Shown piece by piece: positions 57,132 through 64,000 of a stretch of 64,000 nucleotides of DNA. The position numbers and the translations under genes are program-made. Where the stretch lies: the NCBI GenBank assembly GCA_015522685.1, contig WALU01000032.1:1-64000 (forward strand), in the 5' to 3' direction. The notes below the pieces were generated by a model that worked only from the letters and a program-made list of their open reading frames with translations, made no database searches and was not told the DNA's origin. This stretch comes from Thermoproteota archaeon (lineage in GTDB: Archaea; Korarchaeota; Korarchaeia; Korarchaeales; Korarchaeaceae). How positions within the stretch are numbered: position 1 is the stretch's first letter; every line of letters starts with the position of its first letter.

Positions 57132-58217
57132 CTAATAAGAGCTAAAATCATGGAGCATACGTATCATCCTTCTGTAGCGAGCATAGGTTGTGTAATCAAC
57201 GTATTCTTTTCTATTAACATAATTTAGTGTCTTAGGAGCTAAATTTTGCACCTCCTCAATGCCATCATTGACCTCTATATGAAAAGCATCGCTGCCAGCT
57301 CCAGAACCAAATGACACAACTAGAATGCGCTGTCCAGGCTTTGCCTGATCAAGAACGGCCGACAAACCAACTAAGGCCGATCCACTGTATGTGTTTCCTA
57401 TGTATGGAGTGATCAGACCTGGCTTTACCTTATCCGGGGTGAAACCAAGTCTAGTACCTACTCTCAACGGATATTTGCCATTGGGCTGATGAAATACTGC
57501 ATAATCATAATCCTCGGGTTTTGTTCCGATGAAGTTCATTAGTTCCTTGGCTGCCGTCATTATATGCTTAAAGTAAGCAGGTCCGCCAGTAAAGGCCCTT
57601 GTGTGGGCTGGGTAATGCTCATGCTGCCTCCTCCAGAAATCTGGTGTGTCTGTCACATGAGAGAGTGAAGCTTTTATAACAGCTACTGAGTCCGCTGCAG
57701 GCCCTAATATATAAGCAGATCCTCCAGCCGCTGCAGTATATTCTAAGGCATCTCCTGGCGCTCCCTGTGCAGTGTCTGCTCCTACTGCTAAGCCATAGTC
57801 TATCATATTGGAGCCTATAAGCCCTATTACTGCTTGGATCGCTTCAGTGCCAGCCTTGCAGGCGAACTCGTAGTCAGCACCTGTAGTAAGCCTTCTCTCG
57901 CCACCTGCACCTAAGGCCTCTATAAGCATGGTGGCTGTAGTCTTAACGGCATAAGGTTTAGATTCTGTTCCTACGTAGACAGCTCTCAGTTTAGAAGCCT
58001 CTATATGGGCTCTTTTTAAGGCATTAATTGAGGATTCGTAAGCTATGGTGAAGGCATCTTCATCTATACCCGGTACGCTCTTCTCTTGGACCATTATACC
58101 TGCTGCATATCTATTCCAATCCCTGCCCCACTCTCTAGCAAGCTCTTCGGATCTTACCCTCCATTTAGGAACATAAACTCCCCATCCAACTATACCTACT
58201 TTCCTATTTGCTTTCAT
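57132..58217 (-). CDS. hydroxymethylglutaryl-CoA synthase (archaeal)
   Basis: GTESKPYAVK, EFACKAGT, DTPDFWRR, FHQPN and GNTYSG motifs. Confidence 0.93.
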   Translation of the reverse strand: MKANRKVGIVGWGVYVPKWRVRSEELAREWGRDWNRYAAGIMVQEKSVPGIDEDAFTIAYESSINALKRAHIEASKLRAVYVGTESKPYAVKTTATMLIEALGAGGERRLTTGADYEFACKAGTEAIQAVIGLIGSNMIDYGLAVGADTAQGAPGDALEYTAAAGGSAYILGPAADSVAVIKASLSHVTDTPDFWRRQHEHYPAHTRAFTGGPAYFKHIMTAAKELMNFIGTKPEDYDYAVFHQPNGKYPLRVGTRLGFTPDKVKPGLITPYIGNTYSGSALVGLSAVLDQAKPGQRILVVSFGSGAGSDAFHIEVNDGIEEVQNLAPKTLNYVNRKEYVDYTTYARYRRMIRMLHDFSSY

Positions 58218-58660
58218 AAGGATCACCTACCAGAATTGATGAGCATAGCTGTCTAAATCGGCGTCTATAGATCTTACTTATTCTTCCTTCCCTAGCATAT
58301 TAAAAATCATTATGTTATAAGGAGAAAATAAATAGGAATTATATTAACATAAGCTTATTGATTTTATCATAATATAATGCGCCATTAAGTATTATTTCAT
58401 TTACTATCGAAAAAATAGGAGTAAAAATAAGTCTATTGACAAACCTTAGACATGATAGAGCTTTGATTGGCCTTAAGAAGAGCTAATTCAACCATATCAA
58501 TGGATCTTATGGAACCTATAAGAATGTAGATGAATCTTTCTAGGAATGAAAGATTTAGAAGCTGGTTTAGATATGCGGAGACTATTAGAAAGATGATTAT
58601 TATAAGATTAAATGAGATCAGGCCTGAGCCAAGAACTGGCTTCCAGCAATCTTCTGATTT

Positions 58661-59305
58661 CTATTTAAGAACTTTTCCGGTTTCCATATACCAAAGGTAA
58701 AGATCAAGCTCTGCAAGGCTCAGTCCTGTTCTCTGGGCTATCTCCTCTAGTATTCTTTCTATTTCTAGGTACTTCTTTCTAGTAATGCTTTTAGGTCTCT
58801 CTATCAATTCATACCTAGATAACAGATCCACTATATGAAAATCCACTATAGCTAAGTTTTTGAATCCTATGTTTCTAAGAAAGTGACTCGCTTCCTTATA
58901 TCCCAATCCTTTAACATTCTTTACGAACCACTCCCTCAGAGCCTTCTCGTCTTTAAAGCTTTCCAATATGCTCTTGAGTTTAGGGATGAGCTCTCTGGCC
59001 TTAACTATATATCTAGCCCTAGTCTTGGGAAAACGATATCCTAAATCCCTAAGCTTAATCTCAAGCTCCTCCTTAGATAGGTTTATTAGACCATCATTCA
59101 GTGACTTTTGGATTTTTATCCCTCCCTCAGCGCTATAATTTGCAGTTAGTATGCAGAAAGCTAGTTCCTTAAATATCTTCTCATTGTTACTCTTGTCAAT
59201 TTCTTCAAATTCCATTATTCTCTCTTTTATAGTTTTTGTTACACTACTCTTTCCTAGACTTTCTATCTCCATCACTATCCTATCCATTCTGTCTGATCTT
59301 CTCAT
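58661..59305 (-). CDS. ogg: 8-oxoguanine N-glycosylase/DNA lyase (archaeal OGG)
   Basis: ELAFCILTAN, KGLGYKEASHFLRN, AIVDFH and LDLYLWY..TGKVLK motifs. Confidence 0.92.
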   Translation of the reverse strand: MRRSDRMDRIVMEIESLGKSSVTKTIKERIMEFEEIDKSNNEKIFKELAFCILTANYSAEGGIKIQKSLNDGLINLSKEELEIKLRDLGYRFPKTRARYIVKARELIPKLKSILESFKDEKALREWFVKNVKGLGYKEASHFLRNIGFKNLAIVDFHIVDLLSRYELIERPKSITRKKYLEIERILEEIAQRTGLSLAELDLYLWYMETGKVLK

Positions 59306-59825
59306 GATCTAAGCCACCTTTATATGTAACTTATATAACATTACCAGCCTTATCCTAACAACTATTATCCTTCTAGCTGTTATCTCTTAAATTAAAAGCA
59401 TTATGGGATCAGGACTCGGCAAAATCCTCATAATTCAGTCTCTAGTTTTCCTCATCTCCCAGCTAATAATAAAAAAGCTCATTTATAAGAGGTAGCTAGC
59501 TCCGAAGAAAAATAGAATGAAAGGGAGGGAGACATATTCCTCATCATAGTAACAACAATAGTCGCTTTAGGTATACAAACACTCTCGATCACTATTATAA
59601 CCTTGCGGGCTTATATTTTGAAATTTTTACAATAACCTTTAGATAAATATTACTTATCACTAAAGTAACAAGTCATGTCAGGTATATAAACAAATCAGTC
59701 ACATCTTCTTAATATTCTCATCTCTCCTATATCCTCTTTCTCTTTTTTTACTTTAACATGCAGTAGGTAAGGCCCTCGACTCTCAATCACAAATCCTTAT
59801 TATACTGAATTAGGTTGATTCTACT

Positions 59826-60617
59826 ATGAACAGAGACAGCCTGATAGTTGTCGGGGTGATAATAGTAGTAGCCATAGTGCTTGGTTCTGCATATATTACA
59901 ATTTCAAGGGGCGTAGCTCCATCTTTGCTAGGAACAATGACGTCCGGTAGCGAGCGTGGGAGTGCTCGCACTACTATGACATCAGCCAGTGGAGGTAAAA
60001 CACAGACTAAAACAAATGCAGGAAATGGCCCTAGCTTTAGCTCTCTATTCCTCAAGAAAGGGAAATTTTCAGCTACATATGATTTGTATAAGAATCTAAA
60101 GAAAGAAGGTACTGCTAGCATATATGTCAAAGGGGCTAAGGAGAGTAGATTCGACTTGAGCATACCTCAGAGTCAATACATAACTATAAGAAATGACACA
60201 AGCTATATAACTTGTTTCAAACAGGCTAAACAAAGTTGGCAATGCTTCAAGGCTAAGGAGGGGCAGTATCCACAATCTCAGGGAGGAGGCAGACCTCAAG
60301 TTAGTGATCCTGTCAAAGAGGGTGAGGAATTCAAGAGTCCTATATATAATGGAACTAGGAAGTATGCTGGTAAGACCTGTTATTGCTATTACGTAAAGAA
60401 GCAGAAGAAGATTATGATAAATGGGAGCGAAAAAATGGGATCTGCTTATATAGAGATATGCATAACATCGGATGGAGTACCAGGCTATTTCTTATCTCTA
60501 TGGAATTCCCCTAGTGGAAAGGACATAGTTAGATATGAAGGCGTAGCAAAGACTATCTTATATTCTGTTCCAGAAAATGTATTTAATCCTCCTGCTCAGC
60601 CAAGGAGTCTTCCATAA
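59826..60617 (+). CDS. hypothetical exported protein with an N-terminal anchor, S/T/G linker and several Cys
   Basis: N-terminal TM segment, low-complexity linker, CF..WQCF, TCYCY, EICIT.DGVP and a terminal FNPPA.P. Confidence 0.7.
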   Translation: MNRDSLIVVGVIIVVAIVLGSAYITISRGVAPSLLGTMTSGSERGSARTTMTSASGGKTQTKTNAGNGPSFSSLFLKKGKFSATYDLYKNLKKEGTASIYVKGAKESRFDLSIPQSQYITIRNDTSYITCFKQAKQSWQCFKAKEGQYPQSQGGGRPQVSDPVKEGEEFKSPIYNGTRKYAGKTCYCYYVKKQKKIMINGSEKMGSAYIEICITSDGVPGYFLSLWNSPSGKDIVRYEGVAKTILYSVPENVFNPPAQPRSLP

Positions 60618-60719
60618 ACTTCCGCTTCCTTTATGTTTCATAAGCGCTATATGCTGGAGAATGACCAGTAGGCATGATGGTTATCAAGTTTTTATTTGAC
60701 CTAATCTAGAAGCTAATAC

Positions 60720-62354
60720 GTGAGCTTTAAGTTAATTTTAGTTACTGGTGGAGTAATCAGTGGTTTAGGTAAGGGAATAATAGCAGCTTCTATTGGAAAG
60801 TTGATGCAGTCAAGGGGATTCCCTATCTCTATGATAAAAATGGATCCCTACCTCAATCCAGATCCAGGTACGCTAAATCCGGTTGAACATGGTGAAGTTT
60901 TTGTAACAGAAGAGGTATGGCATTTTCACCCAGGCAAGGGCGTAGAGTTCGATATAGCTGAAATAGATGAAGATTTTGGCCATTATGAGAGATTTCTCAA
61001 TGTGAATATGCATCCCTCTAATAACATAACCAGCGGCCAAATAATGCTGAGTGTTATACTAGGGGAGAGAAAAGGCGTTTATCTAGGACAAACGATAAGG
61101 CTTATTCCACATGTTACTGAAGAAATAAAGAAGAGAGTATACCGCGTAGCTGAGAGGGAAAACCCAGATATACTGATAGTGGAGCTCGGAGGTACTGTTG
61201 GTGACTATGAAGCTATGGCCTTTGTGGAAGCCTTGAGGCAGATGAGATTAGAGGTTGGAGTGAGTAACTCCGTTCATATCCATGTAACATATGTTCCCTT
61301 CATAGAAACTCTTGGAGAGTTCAAGACGAAACCTGCTCAACTATTCTTCAGGGAAGTTCTAGCAGCTGGACTGCCACCTGATTTCGTTATAGCTAGAACT
61401 CCTTCTCCTTTGCCTAAGAATGTGAAAAAGAAACTTGCCCTATATGCAAGTGTTCCGTATGACGCGGTCTTTGAAGACCCTGACCTTGATACGGTTTACA
61501 ATCTCCCATTATATTTCGAGAGGGAAGGCTTAGGAGGTAAGATCGAGAAAAGACTTAAACTAAAGGGAAAGCCTGATATGAGCGAGTGGGAGGAAGTGGT
61601 GAGGAAATTCAAAGAAGGAGAGCCAAGAAAAATAGCAATGATAGGGAAGTACTGGAGGATGTCTGATGTCTATATATCTATACTAGAAGCCATAAAACAC
61701 GCTGGAGCTGAGGCTGGAGTAAAACCTCAGATAATCCCTGTAGATTCAGAAGAGTTAGAAAGAGAAAGTGGAAGTGGATGGGATAAGCTTAAGAAATCTA
61801 ATGGCATCCTACTAACGCCGGGTTTTGGCTCCAGAGGAACTGAAGGAATGATATCGGCAGCTGCATGGGCATTGAAGCAAGATAAGCCTTTCTTAGGTAT
61901 ATGCTTCGGCGCTCAACTTGCTACGGTGGCTTTCGCTAGAGAATTCATGGGGTGGACTGAAGCCAACTCTACTGAAATAGATCCGAAGACGCCTTGGCCT
62001 GTTGTAGATCTCTTGCCTGAGCAAAAACAGATAGATGAAGTAGGAGGCACCATGAGACTTGGAGGGCATAAGGTTTTACTTCTCGAAGGAATACTTCGCA
62101 AGGCCTACGGTAGAGAGAAAGTGGTGGAGAGATTTAGACATCGCTATCATATAATCAGGGAGTATGCAGAGGGGATGGCGGGGAAGGGATATAAAATAGC
62201 GGCTGTAGATGCCACTAGAAGAATAATCAATGCATTTGAGGTGGAAAATCACCCTTACTTCATTGGGGTTCAGTTTCATCCAGAGTTCAAGTCGAGGCCA
62301 GGTAACCCAAGTCCAGTGTATCTCTCATTCATTGAAGCAGTCAAAGAGATTTAA
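60720..62354 (+). CDS. pyrG: CTP synthase
   Basis: VTGGVISGLGKG, KMDPYLN.DPGT, KTKP.Q, GICFG and QFHPEF motifs. Confidence 0.95.
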   Translation: MSFKLILVTGGVISGLGKGIIAASIGKLMQSRGFPISMIKMDPYLNPDPGTLNPVEHGEVFVTEEVWHFHPGKGVEFDIAEIDEDFGHYERFLNVNMHPSNNITSGQIMLSVILGERKGVYLGQTIRLIPHVTEEIKKRVYRVAERENPDILIVELGGTVGDYEAMAFVEALRQMRLEVGVSNSVHIHVTYVPFIETLGEFKTKPAQLFFREVLAAGLPPDFVIARTPSPLPKNVKKKLALYASVPYDAVFEDPDLDTVYNLPLYFEREGLGGKIEKRLKLKGKPDMSEWEEVVRKFKEGEPRKIAMIGKYWRMSDVYISILEAIKHAGAEAGVKPQIIPVDSEELERESGSGWDKLKKSNGILLTPGFGSRGTEGMISAAAWALKQDKPFLGICFGAQLATVAFAREFMGWTEANSTEIDPKTPWPVVDLLPEQKQIDEVGGTMRLGGHKVLLLEGILRKAYGREKVVERFRHRYHIIREYAEGMAGKGYKIAAVDATRRIINAFEVENHPYFIGVQFHPEFKSRPGNPSPVYLSFIEAVKEI

Positions 62355-63480
62355 ATACCCTCCTGGCTTTCTCCACAACCTCCTTCACTTCTTCATCCTT
62401 CATACATGAATATATTGGAAGATATAGCAGCTCCCTTGCTAGCTTCTCAGCATTGGGCGTCTCAATATCGGAATAGCTCACGCCCTTGAAAAGAACATGA
62501 AGGAAATTGTATTTTCTATCAGCTAGCCTTGACATCACAGGTTGCTTCTGAAGAGGCATCGGGTAGGCAGGCCTTGCTAAAATACCGAGGTATCTGAGCC
62601 TCTTTACTGCCTCATCTCTCCTCCTACCTACCCTCACAGGGTAAAGATGCCACACAGGATCGGCCCACTCGGCTACGAAAGGTGTATCAACCAACCCAGA
62701 CAGCTCCTGCGTATATATAGAAGCAATCTCCCTTCTTCTAGCATTAAATTCATCTAATTTTTTCAACTGAACAATTCCTATGGCAGCATTAATTTCAGTC
62801 ATCCTATAGTTAAATCCGACGTAATGGTGCTCATATTTTGAGACCTGTCCTTGATCCCTTATGGCCCTAGCCTTCTCATAAACATACTCATCATCCGTTG
62901 TTATAATCCCCCCTTCACCAGTAGTCATGTTCTTCGTTGGGTAGAAGCTGAAAGCACCAGCTTCTCCTAGGCTTCCTACCTTGGATCCCTTGTAGAGCGC
63001 ACCATGGGCTTGAGCTGAATCTTCTAAGATGCATATTTCTCTACCTCCTAATACCTCCCTAATAGAATCCAAATCTGCTGGATGGCCATGTATATGTACA
63101 GGAATTATCACTTTAGTCTTGCTAGTTATCTTGCTAGCTAGATTGTTTGGATCCATAGTGCCTGTTCTGACATCAACATCAATGAATACTGGCCTTGCTC
63201 CAGATAGAATAACTGATGAAGCTGTGGAGTAGAAAGTATAGCTCGGAACTGCAACCTCATCTCCAGGACCCACATCCAACGATATTAAGGCGACATGTAA
63301 GGCTGCTGTTCCATTTGATACTGCTACAGCATACTTGCTCCCTATATAGGAAGCGAAAGCTTCCTCAAATTCCTTTACTAGCTTCCCTTGAGCGATCATG
63401 CCTGATTCTATTACTTTCTTTACCTCTCTTATCTCTTCCTCGCCTAAACAGGGTCTAGCTATTGGTATCATCATATGCAC
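62341..63480 (-). CDS. DegT/DnrJ/EryC1/StrS sugar aminotransferase
   Basis: SNGTAALH, EDSAQAHGA, FSFYPTKNMTTGEGG and GFNYRM motifs. Confidence 0.92.
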   Translation of the reverse strand: MHMMIPIARPCLGEEEIREVKKVIESGMIAQGKLVKEFEEAFASYIGSKYAVAVSNGTAALHVALISLDVGPGDEVAVPSYTFYSTASSVILSGARPVFIDVDVRTGTMDPNNLASKITSKTKVIIPVHIHGHPADLDSIREVLGGREICILEDSAQAHGALYKGSKVGSLGEAGAFSFYPTKNMTTGEGGIITTDDEYVYEKARAIRDQGQVSKYEHHYVGFNYRMTEINAAIGIVQLKKLDEFNARRREIASIYTQELSGLVDTPFVAEWADPVWHLYPVRVGRRRDEAVKRLRYLGILARPAYPMPLQKQPVMSRLADRKYNFLHVLFKGVSYSDIETPNAEKLARELLYLPIYSCMKDEEVKEVVEKARRVFKSL

Positions 63481-63779
63481 CTTTCAGCTTACAACCTCCA
63501 TTCGAATTACATAAAGGTATGTTAGCAAAACTTGAGATGTTCGATTTCTGGAATGGAGAACTTCCTTATAAATGGAACAGAGAAATCGTAGGGAGCTAGA
63601 GTGGAAGAAATAGTATCAGGTAAAATGCAGTTTCTCATAACTCCTAATCAAATAGTTAGATTGATTATGCATATAAATTGCAATTAAATTTTAATATTGC
63701 TTAGAAAAATTTTAGATCTCATTTCGCGCGCGACCTTTAACAGAAGAGCTAGATATGGGATAGATACTAAAATACTTGT

Positions 63780-63998
63780 CTATGGGAGTTGAATGGATGG
63801 GGCACCTATGAGAAAAGCGGTCAATGTAGAGATTACAGGGATAGAAATGTTATCCTCTCCACCATAGAGTTCTGCTATAGAAGATGCTGCAGCTATTACG
63901 AGAGCTAGTTGAGGAATGCCTGTTAGATATGTAAGGACCGCATAATAGGAGAGGAAGCCAGCAAGAGTTCCTTCAACAGTCCCATCAGATAATGGAAT
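63780..63998 (-). CDS. C-terminal part of a dolichol/phytol kinase-like (SEC59/VTE5, CTP-dependent) membrane protein; the gene starts beyond the window
   Basis: Manual translation gives IPLSDGTVEGTLAGF...AELYGGEDNISIP...LP*, matching the T/SxEG and DN motifs. Confidence 0.65.
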   Translation of the reverse strand: MPLSDGTVEGTLAGFLSYYAVLTYLTGIPQLALVIAAASSIAELYGGEDNISIPVISTLTAFLIGAPSIQLP

Positions 63999-64000
63999 TC

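Noticed and set aside
2331-63458. Numerous 60-170 aa ORFs antisense to or nested in recognised genes (e.g. 11682..12170, 24564..25064, 52596..53102)
   Set aside because: They lie fully opposite or inside well-supported genes, have the S/I/L/P-rich composition of antisense frames, and show no motifs.
63481-63779. Short coding-like fragments and the palindrome TCGCGCGCGA (63724-63733)
   Set aside because: No recognisable family, single occurrence, and no supporting structure.
1-64000. tRNA genes, IS elements, integrases, Sec/Pyl readthrough
   Set aside because: I saw no cloverleaf or T-loop signature in intergenic DNA, no transposase or integrase motifs, and no gene that needs stop-codon readthrough.

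Overview
A gene-dense archaeal chromosome segment of about 40% GC, made almost entirely of housekeeping genes. The gene content (PolB1 plus a second PolB, GatDE, RadA, S26e/S17e, archaeal DnaG, Pelota, a HMG-CoA synthase/thiolase/DUF35 cluster, a porGDAB operon, a stand-alone 5S rRNA and a fragmented r-protein operon) points to a TACK-type archaeon, probably Korarchaeota-like; that placement is an inference. I found no CRISPR array, tRNA, IS element or provirus. Four signals stand out. (1) A GC-rich two-stem RNA with its own TATA box lies directly upstream of dnaG and ends in ACA; it could be an H/ACA-like guide or a leader RNA. (2) Four genes seem to start at near-cognate codons behind Shine-Dalgarno motifs: porG CTG, rnp1 ATA, radA ATT and gatE ACG. 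(3) Several proteins have lost catalytic motifs: a mevalonate-cluster thiolase lacking its Cys/His residues, an exonuclease-dead PolB, a PP-loop-less TtuA paralog reminiscent of Ctu2, a GG-less ubiquitin-like protein next to TtuA, and a degenerate DHH protein. (4) A LysW-like zinc ribbon has a duplicated acidic tail ending in Phe. All product calls come from motif recognition by eye; no database searches were run.
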